From a virus (Duplodnaviria > Caudoviricetes), in the IMG/VR virus record IMGVR_UViG_3300010155_000004, positions 1 through 37,078 of that record: a stretch of 37,078 nucleotides of DNA; one strand, given 5' to 3'. The position numbers and the translations under genes were made by a program. The notes beneath the pieces were generated by a model, which searched no databases, was not told the origin of the DNA, and saw only the letters and a list, made by a program, of their open reading frames with translations. Each line of letters begins with the position of its first letter. Position 1 is the stretch's first letter. This document shows, one piece after another, positions 26,798 through 35,404 of the stretch.

Positions 26798-26980
26798 CTA
26801 GGCTGCTTTGGGTTTTCTAACACCAGATCCACCACACACAAAACAAAGCATTGGGTGCCATGTATCTGTTACTTTGGTCCACTGCATTCCTGTTTTTGCA
26901 CAGGCTTTACACTGGGGCCATTGATTGTATTGAGAAGTCGGAATCCGGTTTGGAAACCTCTTTTTGATTGAATCAAACAT
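26798..26980 (-). CDS. Small Zn-finger protein
   Basis: CKAC..TG...CFVCGGSG (DnaJ-like CxxCxGxG). Confidence 0.65.
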   Translation of the reverse strand: MFDSIKKRFPNRIPTSQYNQWPQCKACAKTGMQWTKVTDTWHPMLCFVCGGSGVRKPKAA

Positions 26981-27833
26981 CAGCAGATTCCATCATTGGT
27001 ACACCACCCTTAACAGTGATCTGAACTCTTGGTTTCCCATGAATCCATGCATTCCATGCAACAACCATCATTGCCAAACGGTTGGATTGACTGAAGTGGA
27101 CCCCACTTTTTGATTGTTGGACCACTCTCACAAAAAGTGAGTGTGTTGCAGTTCCGGGTTTGCCGGTGCAGTCTGCAAATTCCTTCAGAAATTCTGTTGC
27201 AAATTCCAGTGTTGTATCACCCAGTTCGTTTGCCTTGAATAGAAAGCAACCGAAAACTGCACTGGGCACAATTCTGAACGATTTCTGAATGGTGGCAGCC
27301 CTTTCAACCAAAGGGTTCACCATTGGATGTTTTGCAGCATACTGAATTGTCTGTTCAATCGTTTCCGACTTTGTCAACCCAGTGGACACATTCTGCATTT
27401 TTGTGTCAGTCGAAACCCTGTTTACAGTTGCCTTAGTCAGTTTGCCATCATTATAAAGGCACACTAACCGGATGGCTGCTGACATGATTTTGGGTTTTTT
27501 GTAACCCAATACTGTTAATGCATCCCTTGAAGATCGACCCCTTCCCAGATCCAGGAATTTGAAATCTTCAACACTACAGTTTTCAACCACCACAAATGCT
27601 TGTGTGGTTCCTGACTGTTTAACTGCAGCCAGACGATGTTGACCATCCTGAAGATTCCCATTTGAATCGATTCGGATCATGCTGGAATTCTGTGCCCAAT
27701 TTCCTTTTGACATGTCTGCTGCATATCGGTTCACAAAGGATTGGGATAAATCCCGGTTGCTGACATTCGTTGCCAGCATTGCTTCGGCCTGATTAGGACC
27801 AATGAATTGTGTACTGATTTTATTTTCTGTCAT
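26973..27833 (-). CDS. ParB/Srx-like domain protein
   Basis: A..ML..N..NR.L....V..YA.DM..G.W......I.....L.DGQHRL.AV. Confidence 0.8.
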   Translation of the reverse strand: MTENKISTQFIGPNQAEAMLATNVSNRDLSQSFVNRYAADMSKGNWAQNSSMIRIDSNGNLQDGQHRLAAVKQSGTTQAFVVVENCSVEDFKFLDLGRGRSSRDALTVLGYKKPKIMSAAIRLVCLYNDGKLTKATVNRVSTDTKMQNVSTGLTKSETIEQTIQYAAKHPMVNPLVERAATIQKSFRIVPSAVFGCFLFKANELGDTTLEFATEFLKEFADCTGKPGTATHSLFVRVVQQSKSGVHFSQSNRLAMMVVAWNAWIHGKPRVQITVKGGVPMMESADV

Positions 27834-27882
27834 TGTTGCCTTTCTGGTATTTGACAGTTAATAGTTTTGATACGCTTAAAGC

Positions 27883-27928
27883 GGAGTATCCGCCTTTCCT
27901 GGTACTGGCGGAAAGTGGCGGAATCCTC
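27883..27928. other. Intergenic GC-rich hairpin
   Basis: TCCGCC-TTTCC...GGAAA-GT-GGCGGA immediately after the DUF3127 stop. A plus-strand TTGACA (27851) and TGnTACGCT (27868-27876) lie just before it. Confidence 0.5.
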
Positions 27929-28262
27929 AAAACGGCATATCATCTTCAACAGGAACGCCATTGGCACCTGCTGGTTCACCGGCTGGATTGATTTTCCAGC
28001 ACTGTAAAGTGTTGAACCACTTATCAACCCCTTGCGGGTCAGTCCATTTACGACCTTTCAGGTTGAATGAAATCTGGACTGGATCATTAACCATGTAATT
28101 ATCCAGGACTGATGTCTTATCCTGGGTGAATTCAAACTTCACATATTCAGGATATTCGGGTGATCCTGTTTCCAGAACGAATTCCCTTTTCTTGAATTTC
28201 TCACTGATTACCTGCTCATCAAATATCTTGATGATCACACCTAGTGCTTGAAGACTCTCCAT
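27927..28262 (-). CDS. DUF3127-family protein (SSB-like OB fold)
   Basis: FKKREFVLET...YP....FEF.QDK...V..SFNL.GR.W....WFN.L..WKI, acidic tail DDMPF. Confidence 0.88.
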   Translation of the reverse strand: MESLQALGVIIKIFDEQVISEKFKKREFVLETGSPEYPEYVKFEFTQDKTSVLDNYMVNDPVQISFNLKGRKWTDPQGVDKWFNTLQCWKINPAGEPAGANGVPVEDDMPF

Positions 28263-28513
28263 GGGTGTATCCTTTCTTTGATTGTCGTAGCTGTTTGTTG
28301 GTTGGTTTTTTGGTGTTGGGCTTGAACCGTTGCCTCCACTTCGTGAAGGATAAGGTTCGGCTCAATCCGTTCCGCCCAGATGTCCATATTAATGTATCCG
28401 TATGCCCGGATTGGGTTAAGTCTTTCAATGTGTCCTCCATTCTGCAGGAATGCTTCCGTAGCTTTTTGAATCATCAATGATTCTTCCTGCTTTGTTTTTG
28501 TTTCCTTCATCAT
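28241..28513 (-). CDS. Hypothetical protein
   Basis: 90 aa, ATGA-coupled to cro. A.EAFL.NGG.I..L motif. Confidence 0.6.
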   Translation of the reverse strand: MMKETKTKQEESLMIQKATEAFLQNGGHIERLNPIRAYGYINMDIWAERIEPNLILHEVEATVQAQHQKTNQQTATTIKERIHPWRVFKH

Positions 28514-28749
28514 GCTTGAAGTTCAGCCAATTGATTCTGAACTGATAGATTCCGTTCTTTGACTAGTCGGATTGCAGTGTCCCTGATTTTTGCATTCAGT
28601 TCTTCATCCAGAACCCGGCAAACATCAGGTTTGCTGCAACCTGAAGCAGCAGCCACATCACCAAGGGTGACACCACTGGATTTAAGAAGTGATTTGATTG
28701 GTGTTTGCATTGTTATTATGATTGTTGTACTATTGTTTGTAACATTCAT
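28510..28749 (-). CDS. Cro-like HTH regulator
   Basis: IKSLLKSSGVTLGDVAAASGCSKPDVCRVL. Divergent from the repressor. The start may be MQTPIK. Confidence 0.75.
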   Translation of the reverse strand: MNVTNNSTTIIITMQTPIKSLLKSSGVTLGDVAAASGCSKPDVCRVLDEELNAKIRDTAIRLVKERNLSVQNQLAELQA

Positions 28750-28804
28750 TGATGATCATGTTATCAACATTGACAGTGATGTCAACAATTTATTTTAAAA
28801 ATGT
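28750..28804. promoter_or_regulatory. Divergent lysis/lysogeny control region
   Basis: Palindrome TTGACA-GTGA-TGTCAA (28770-28785) supplies -35 boxes on both strands. Minus-strand TGnTAACAT -10 at 28766-28758. Confidence 0.7.
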
Positions 28805-29137
28805 TTGAAAAATAATCTAATGGATATCAATGATGCCCAGATTGCCCAAAGGTTTCAGTACCTTGTGCGTGAAAAAAATTTGACCCAGCAGGAAATATCA
28901 AGTGACCTGAACTTCAGCCGGTCCTATATTTCAGCAATTTTGACTGGCAGATCAGAAATGTCTGGCAGGATTTTACGGGCATTGGCCAATGCAGGTTGGG
29001 ACATACATTGGATACTGACTGGAAAGGCAAAAGACTCCACATGCCTAAAATGCGTGGAGCTAGAAACGAAATTGGAACAAACTGAAAGACTGATTCAACT
29101 GATCACTGGAAAGGCAAAAGATGAGAGCAAGGACTAG
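28805..29137 (+). CDS. CI-like XRE repressor (no S24 peptidase domain)
   Basis: NLTQQEISSDLNFSRSYISAILTG...WILTG and a C-terminal coiled coil. Confidence 0.85.
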   Translation: MKNNLMDINDAQIAQRFQYLVREKNLTQQEISSDLNFSRSYISAILTGRSEMSGRILRALANAGWDIHWILTGKAKDSTCLKCVELETKLEQTERLIQLITGKAKDESKD

Positions 29138-30203
29138 GCTGCATGGAATACTGGGGTTGGCCATCCATGGTAACACCTATAAATATAAGGAATACAAACA
29201 GGGCATCAGAACCAGACCGGTTACGCTTTGTGCTGTTGAAGATGCAACCCATACAGCAGCCGGTAGGAAAAGAAGGGAAGATCAGATTGCAGAATATCTT
29301 CAAAGGATGATCGATCAGAAGAAAGATGAACTCCAGAACCCTGTCGTATTTGTTTCAACTGTTGCAGCCAAATGGTTGGCATACATCCATAACACCCGTA
29401 AACAGCAGACCCATGATGAATATCAGACTGCAGTCCGATACTATCTGAATGCGGTTCATGATCATCCTGTTTCAGAAATTTCATTGGATCATTGGGGTCG
29501 GTATCAGAAAGGTATGGAAGGACTATCACCGGCAACCATTGCAAAACACCAGCAAGCATTCAGATCATTCCTGAAATATGTGACGGTCAACCATGTAAAT
29601 CTGAAGTTTGATTTTGGATCTGCAAAGAAGATTTCGGTGCCCTCCAAAAAGATTAAGGATTACAGTCATGATGAACTGAAAAAGATTGAAGACTATGTGA
29701 TGGATCGGAAGATCCAGGACCACATCAGAATTCATATGATGCTGTCTGAAACTGGAATGCGTGCCGGTGAATTGCTGAATCTGAAATTGGAGCATATCGA
29801 CATTCCATCTAGAAAAATTTGGATTGTCAGTGATGATGACTGGACACCGAAAACCGGTGTTGATGACTGGGTTCCTATGTCAGAAAAGTTGGCTGCATTC
29901 CTAGAAGGGGATAACCGGAATCCAGGTGAGGTGTGGTTTCTTGATGATGGTGATGGTGGATGGACTTACTACCATGTCGGTGCCATCGGTAATGTCATCA
30001 GAAGGATCAGCAGAAGGTTGGGTATCACTGGAAGGAAACCCCTTCATGCCTATAGGGCAAGCATGGCTAAAAGGATCTATAAAAGGTTTGGGATTATTGA
30101 AGCTCAAAGAATCCTTAGACACTCAAAACCGATTATGACCTGGAAATACATTGATGAATCAGATTTTGATCTGCATGAAGTGGTCAATGCTGTTTCAGTC
30201 TAG
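29121..30203 (+). CDS. int: Tyrosine recombinase / integrase
   Basis: TGMRAGELLNL, K (PKTG), HAYR, LRH and Y (TWKY) catalytic motifs. Confidence 0.95.
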   Translation: MRARTRLHGILGLAIHGNTYKYKEYKQGIRTRPVTLCAVEDATHTAAGRKRREDQIAEYLQRMIDQKKDELQNPVVFVSTVAAKWLAYIHNTRKQQTHDEYQTAVRYYLNAVHDHPVSEISLDHWGRYQKGMEGLSPATIAKHQQAFRSFLKYVTVNHVNLKFDFGSAKKISVPSKKIKDYSHDELKKIEDYVMDRKIQDHIRIHMMLSETGMRAGELLNLKLEHIDIPSRKIWIVSDDDWTPKTGVDDWVPMSEKLAAFLEGDNRNPGEVWFLDDGDGGWTYYHVGAIGNVIRRISRRLGITGRKPLHAYRASMAKRIYKRFGIIEAQRILRHSKPIMTWKYIDESDFDLHEVVNAVSV

Positions 30204-31748
30204 AAGTGACTTTGGCGGATTGGTGATGTTGATCATGGTTGGATCATCGGTGGGGTAAACTACGTAATTGTAGTCCTTATTCGGTCTTTTACCGGACCTA
30301 CTCATACCATCAAGGAACCGGTGTCCTGGGAATCCTAGATTTCTGAATGCTTTAGAAACTTCAGCACCAGGAAACCATTCCGGTGTTTTGTATCCTTGTT
30401 TATCCCTTGGGCTTTCAATGGATTGAAAACTATGTCCTGGATGATCTACAATTTTAAGCATTGAATTTAATTCTGCTATTTCATCTTCAATTTCCTGGGT
30501 TCTATTCATTTTAGATTTTGGAACATACATTTCTTCAGCCCATTTATATTCATCAGGAAAGGTTGATTGAAAATTCCCTGACCTAACATCTGCAACATGG
30601 TCATCCATTATCTTTTTCTTTTCGTTCTTTAAATCTTGCAGCCTTTTCTTTGCTGCATCGATTCTTTCCATTGCCTTTGGTTGGTCCTTCAATGGTTTAT
30701 GGTAATCCAGGAAATCTTCAGGGTCTGGTTTTAGTTCGATTTCATAGAGGTGTGCTTCATTTTTTTGTCTAAACTTAGGTAATAAATCGGTTTTTAAATA
30801 ATCCTTAAAACTACTGTCGAAAATCTTATGATAATCCAATTTATCCACTAACTCATCATTGTTTTTAGGTATACTAATTTGACCATCAGCAGCACCTTGG
30901 ACAAGATCTTCTAAAGAATTAATAGCCTTTCTTTTCTTATTAAGGAAATCTATTTTAGCTAAATCTTCATCTGGGAAATCAGGTGCTAATTCTTTTGGGC
31001 TTTTACCATAAGCAAGGTTACGTATAAGTTCATTTTTTTGGGACTGCAAGGGCTTATAAAGTGGGCTATACCTATCACTAATTCCTTCATACTTATTTAA
31101 AAATTTTGTTAGTGCCGAATCTGGAAATTCCCTCCTCACATCCCTGACTAAAGTGCCAGGATGCAACCTTTTATGTTCATCAATCATCATATCTAAATTA
31201 ACATCTAATGCTTTTATTTCAGCACGTTCTTTATTTTTAATTACTTTTGTAGATTTTTCGTACACATTGCTCACCAAATCCTCTATTTCATCCGTTATTT
31301 TAGACCAAAAATTACTTAGAGGTTCACCATCTATTGATGATTCAACATTTTCTGAAAATGCATCCTTATAGTATTTGCCTGTCTTTTCACTTCCAGCAAA
31401 GTATCCACCATGACCAAATGCTTGTGCCCCTTCACCGGTGCCCATCTTTTTGAAGTCCCAGTTTTTGAAAAGATGTGGTGATCCATGGAAGACCTTTGTC
31501 ATTCCTGCAACAGATGATGGATCAAGCAATGGCAATTGTTCTGACATAGTCATGAAGGAAGGATCATCAAGTAATGATGCTGATGTTGCATTGGGGTCCC
31601 TTGGTTGGTTCCACCATTCATATACTGGATTGTTTGGATTCAGAAGACCCATGCCAGACTTCAGCCACATGTCCTTACCCCCCTTAAGCATATCGAATAT
31701 GCCCTGCTGGTATTCGGAACCTAGATCACGTTTCTGGTAGGGGTTCAT
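30195..31748 (-). CDS. ADP-ribosyltransferase-like protein of the polyvalent-protein type (ART-2)
   Basis: VFHGSPH.F..WD..KMGTGEGAQAFGHGGYFA, LYEIEL, FLDY.KPL..Q, G.PG.RFLDG.SR and NYVVY, with a large helical insert. Confidence 0.7.
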   Translation of the reverse strand: MNPYQKRDLGSEYQQGIFDMLKGGKDMWLKSGMGLLNPNNPVYEWWNQPRDPNATSASLLDDPSFMTMSEQLPLLDPSSVAGMTKVFHGSPHLFKNWDFKKMGTGEGAQAFGHGGYFAGSEKTGKYYKDAFSENVESSIDGEPLSNFWSKITDEIEDLVSNVYEKSTKVIKNKERAEIKALDVNLDMMIDEHKRLHPGTLVRDVRREFPDSALTKFLNKYEGISDRYSPLYKPLQSQKNELIRNLAYGKSPKELAPDFPDEDLAKIDFLNKKRKAINSLEDLVQGAADGQISIPKNNDELVDKLDYHKIFDSSFKDYLKTDLLPKFRQKNEAHLYEIELKPDPEDFLDYHKPLKDQPKAMERIDAAKKRLQDLKNEKKKIMDDHVADVRSGNFQSTFPDEYKWAEEMYVPKSKMNRTQEIEDEIAELNSMLKIVDHPGHSFQSIESPRDKQGYKTPEWFPGAEVSKAFRNLGFPGHRFLDGMSRSGKRPNKDYNYVVYPTDDPTMINITNPPKSLLD

Positions 31749-31852
31749 CCTAAAGTTTGAGTAAATTTAGACATGTATCCCCATATCCATAATTCAGTGT
31801 CCAACCCATGCTCAATTAAAAGCTGCATGTCTATGTTATCAGTTCCGTACAT
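31745..31852 (-). CDS. 35-aa peptide coupled between the two ART genes (not in the ORF track)
   Basis: MYGTDNIDMQLLIEHGLDTELWIWGYMSKFTQTLG. TAATG overlap at its start and ATGA overlap at its stop. Confidence 0.6.
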   Translation of the reverse strand: MYGTDNIDMQLLIEHGLDTELWIWGYMSKFTQTLG

Positions 31853-32892
31853 TAGCCTATTATCCCTAATTTTGGGGTGGTACTGGAAAGAATATCTGGG
31901 TCATCCCTATTGTATGTCCCCCGGTTAAACAGTGATTTAACTTGCCCAGGATGAAATGGTATTAATTGGTCTGGGATTCCACCCCAATCAATCTGGGCAT
32001 CAATATCTGCATGTCCAATATCCGATTCCGTTTTTATACCGTCATATCCTTGGGCTTTTAGGTTATCAATATATTTTTGAACATCAACATCAGTCATAGC
32101 CTTTAATCTTTTCCCTAATCGGTTTGCTTCTAATGGGTGAAGAATCTTAGGGTTTTTAATGCTAAGATGCACTGGATATAATGCACCACTTATGGGTGGT
32201 GTTGTTTTTGCTTTTTCTCCAGTCCTACGAATTTCCGTAAATCCTTTATAATACTTACCGTCCCTGATTAATTGATGTCTTTTGTTAATATCATCAACAT
32301 CAGGTGTTTCATCATATATTTTTATTCCTTTTATTTTCTTTACTATAGGATCACCGAATTGGTTAGTTTTGTCTTCATGGTAAAACAAATCATATGGTTG
32401 AAGTTGTTTACCATTTTCAGTAAAACTATTATCATCACCTATAACAGCATATATCTTATTGGGTTCCCACCAATCCTCATTAAGTGAACCACCATCTTCG
32501 ATTTCACTTATATTAATATTATGTTTTGATGGGTCATAATCAATTTCCCATGGTTGCCATCCAATGTGACCCTCTTGGTGTCCTGTATAAACACCGGCCT
32601 CCATTGGACTATCTGTAAAAAATGATGGCACATTAAATTTTTTCAGATTGGACCTAGTGCCATGATAGAAGACTTTAGGATTGCCCTCTTCATCAACTGC
32701 TTGTGAACCCTGGAACCAGTTCTGAAAGTTCTGTTGTCGTTGTGGTCCAGTTATTAGACTGGGATCAGGTTGATTTAGAACCGGTGGATTGACTACTTCA
32801 TTCAGCAGCCCAGTCAATGGGTTGACTCTACCGGCTTTTCCGGGGATTGCTTTGAGGTCTAGGGTGTCTAAGAGTCCAGGTAATTGATCCAT
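31852..32892 (-). CDS. ADP-ribosyltransferase-like protein, ART-PolyVal-like (ART-1)
   Basis: NF.NWF.GS..VDE.G.P.VFYHGT...F....FFT, YPVHL.IKNP, LKAQGYDGI and PF.P.QVKS..N.GTY...DPDI. Confidence 0.8.
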   Translation of the reverse strand: MDQLPGLLDTLDLKAIPGKAGRVNPLTGLLNEVVNPPVLNQPDPSLITGPQRQQNFQNWFQGSQAVDEEGNPKVFYHGTRSNLKKFNVPSFFTDSPMEAGVYTGHQEGHIGWQPWEIDYDPSKHNINISEIEDGGSLNEDWWEPNKIYAVIGDDNSFTENGKQLQPYDLFYHEDKTNQFGDPIVKKIKGIKIYDETPDVDDINKRHQLIRDGKYYKGFTEIRRTGEKAKTTPPISGALYPVHLSIKNPKILHPLEANRLGKRLKAMTDVDVQKYIDNLKAQGYDGIKTESDIGHADIDAQIDWGGIPDQLIPFHPGQVKSLFNRGTYNRDDPDILSSTTPKLGIIG

Positions 32893-32979
32893 CTAATGCA
32901 CCATGTAGGCAATCGCCAGCAGACAACACGCAATGAAGCAGATCAATAGGATCTCATTGAAATTGTTGAAGAAATTCAT
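32893..32979 (-). CDS. 28-aa hydrophobic peptide (not in the ORF track)
   Basis: MNFFNNFNEILLICFIACCLLAIAYMVH. Its TAG directly abuts the ART-1 ATG. Confidence 0.4.
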   Translation of the reverse strand: MNFFNNFNEILLICFIACCLLAIAYMVH

Positions 32980-33153
32980 GAAATCAACGGACTGAAAATC
33001 CGTGTGTCGGTGGTTCAATTCCACCTCTGGCCACCAAATTCTGCAATGATTTCAATGCTTTGTCGGCCAATCGTCACCAGACACACTGTTGCAATAATTG
33101 TTGTAAAAGTTGTTACAATGGGTAAAGTTGAAGCACTGAATCGTCACAAGACA
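32911..33153 (+). repeat. Three 15-bp direct repeats flanking the att core (integrase arm-type sites)
   Basis: AATCGCCAGCAGACA at 32911-32925, AATCGTCACCAGACA at 33069-33083 and AATCGTCACAAGACA at 33139-33153. Confidence 0.7.
32985..33036 (+). other. attP: attP core: 3' part of a host tRNA-Phe(GAA) gene
   Basis: ACGGA-CTGAAAA-TCCGT anticodon arm, GGTGG-TTCAATT-CCACC T-arm, and an acceptor strand ending ACCA. The 5' acceptor strand and D-arm are absent. Confidence 0.9.
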
Positions 33154-33160
33154 ACATCAT

Positions 33161-35404
33161 CTAAGGCCAATAAGTATCCGGTGCTATCAACGAACCAACG
33201 GGTGCTACGTACTCATTTCCTAGTAACGGGCTCATGGTTCCAGGTGTCATTGCCGAATATCCTGCCCTTGCTTTCATCATTTCTTCCAATCTTTTACGTT
33301 CTGCAATACCCTGCTGTAGGATTTGCCTGTTCCGATTAACACCTTGGGTATTCATCATCGGACCCAGTGTTCCTAATTTTTCCTGGAATCTTTGGTTGCT
33401 TAGAATGTCATCAGTGGAAGTCATTAATGGGTTCACCCCCCTTGTCTTATTGTATAGATCAATTGCTTGTGTACTTAGTGCAGGACTACCCTTGATCATC
33501 CTTTCTGCTGCTTGCCTGGAATATGTCTGTGAACCGGCTGTTGCTTTTTTGGAAAGTGTGTCCATCTTTGACAGGAAATCGATCTGCTGCAGGAATTCTT
33601 CAGCTTTTTCTTCAGACTTAAATAATGCTCTTATTTTTTCAGGTTCTTCATCAGCAAACATTCCTAGTGTTCTTTTAACATCCATCTGTTTGACTTTGGA
33701 ACCCATTATTTTGTTGTACATCCCAAATGCATATCCTAATCGATAGGACTTCTGTTCTGGTCCAGATTTAAGGTTTCTTAATTCCCTTTGCAAATCTGTT
33801 GATGGGAATGTTGGATCTTTTTGTGCTTTCAATCCTGCATCAAATGCTTCACCCATTCCTTTGTGACCGGCATGATAACGTGCTGCAATTCGATAATCTT
33901 CTGATGCACCTTTTAATGTTTTGTTGATGTCATCGTAAAGCATTTGAAGTGTGGATTCATCAAACTCTTTATAGGGGTCTGATGATCTTTTTTGTTTCTT
34001 GAGTGCATCACCCAGTAAAACCTTTAATGTGTGCCAGTGTGCTATTGTGGCTTGCCCTGATGGTCTTTCACCGAATGTGGCTGCACCAACACTTGGGGGT
34101 CTAATGTTGTTTGCTCTTAAAATGCCTGGAATTCTGACCCTTGCTTGGTTCCATAATTTTTGAAGTGCTGCTGCACCAGGATCATCATCACCGTAGTCCA
34201 GGATTCTGTTAACATGATCATTCAGTGTTCTGGATTGGGTGTCATCTAAAACGACTGGACTTGCTTTGTCATACAATGGTTGTGACTTCCATTTGGATTG
34301 TGCTTCAATCTTTTCCTTCAACCTTTCAGGATTCCACCTTCTTCCAAGATTTTTCTGGATTGCTTTTCTTCCGAATCCTGGCAGGAACCCAGACCTACCT
34401 TTGTAGACTGATTGGCTTGCAGCCTTTGATGGACCTGCTGCTTGGGTTGCAACTTCTGCAAGCATTTGGCCGGTGCCTGATTCTGGGAAAAGATCCGCAA
34501 CAGTAACTTGCTTTGCTAGTTCAGGGTTCTTTCTGGCAATTTCTTCCAGAAGTTCTGCCATATCTTCTAGCTGGACATCATCTAATTCAGCAGCCCTTAC
34601 AAATAGTTGTCTTGCTTCGAATGCAGATCCCCTTGGACTTCCATCACCAGTGATATTACCTTCAGCATCAATGGGTGGTGGTCCTTTGCCACCGGCACCA
34701 CCGGCTTTTTTGGTGATCCATCCACCAAGCATTTCAGATGCTTTGCCAATGGTTGGTCCAGTGATAGCACCAATGACAGTGCCTGTTCTTGCTTGGGGCA
34801 TTGCTTGTTCATATCTTTGGCTTAGATCACCTTCTGCAGTCCCTAGTCCATAAGCGAATCCTTCAGCACCACCAGCAACACCACCAGTACCCATCCTTCT
34901 TAGGGTGTTTAAAAACCATTGACCTTCCTTTGGTCTTGCCACTGGAACCCACTTTGCCAATTTCGAAAGAAACATTCCTGGGACTAAAAATGCTCCACCT
35001 ATTTCTGCAGTTGTTGCCATTCCAGGATTTTCTTTCCGGAATGCTTCTATTTCAGAACGAACATTTTCTATTTCAGTGTCGTAGTCTGTTCCATTCCACT
35101 GGGCACGTATCAATGCTTCTGCTTCATCTGCTGTTCCGAAAGTTGCTCCCTGAAGTGCTTGTTGTGCCACATCCCAAACACCATCCATGACACTCATCTC
35201 ATCAATACGTTCCACCGGTTCAGTGTATGCACCTTCCGTTGCTTCCTGGACAATTTCAGAACCTCCAGGTGCTTCAGGGGTTAGGATCTGTCTAGCATCA
35301 GCCAATGACATTCCTGCATGTTCCTGGAATGCAGCATCGATCTGGGGATCAGTGAGGCCCTTATCCTTCAGCAGATTATAGAATTGAATCAGTTGTTCGT
35401 TCAT
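33161..35404 (-). CDS. Internal virion / DNA-ejection protein
   Basis: 747 aa. QGATFGTADE.EA, ENP.......EI.GA, Gly/Ala-rich hydrophobic helices, PLY..A and GS.T..R motifs. Confidence 0.75.
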   Translation of the reverse strand: MNEQLIQFYNLLKDKGLTDPQIDAAFQEHAGMSLADARQILTPEAPGGSEIVQEATEGAYTEPVERIDEMSVMDGVWDVAQQALQGATFGTADEAEALIRAQWNGTDYDTEIENVRSEIEAFRKENPGMATTAEIGGAFLVPGMFLSKLAKWVPVARPKEGQWFLNTLRRMGTGGVAGGAEGFAYGLGTAEGDLSQRYEQAMPQARTGTVIGAITGPTIGKASEMLGGWITKKAGGAGGKGPPPIDAEGNITGDGSPRGSAFEARQLFVRAAELDDVQLEDMAELLEEIARKNPELAKQVTVADLFPESGTGQMLAEVATQAAGPSKAASQSVYKGRSGFLPGFGRKAIQKNLGRRWNPERLKEKIEAQSKWKSQPLYDKASPVVLDDTQSRTLNDHVNRILDYGDDDPGAAALQKLWNQARVRIPGILRANNIRPPSVGAATFGERPSGQATIAHWHTLKVLLGDALKKQKRSSDPYKEFDESTLQMLYDDINKTLKGASEDYRIAARYHAGHKGMGEAFDAGLKAQKDPTFPSTDLQRELRNLKSGPEQKSYRLGYAFGMYNKIMGSKVKQMDVKRTLGMFADEEPEKIRALFKSEEKAEEFLQQIDFLSKMDTLSKKATAGSQTYSRQAAERMIKGSPALSTQAIDLYNKTRGVNPLMTSTDDILSNQRFQEKLGTLGPMMNTQGVNRNRQILQQGIAERKRLEEMMKARAGYSAMTPGTMSPLLGNEYVAPVGSLIAPDTYWP

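Noticed and set aside
26623-26820. Plus-strand 65-aa ORF
   Set aside because: TTG start, crosses an intrinsic terminator, no motif. The region is better explained as a small RNA.
27830-28027. Minus-strand 65-aa ORF bridging DUF3127 and the ParB-like gene
   Set aside because: It overlaps the DUF3127 gene out of frame and runs through a hairpin, with no independent support.
32985-33036. Intact phage tRNA-Phe gene
   Set aside because: The 5' acceptor strand and D-arm are missing, so it is interpreted as the attP core.
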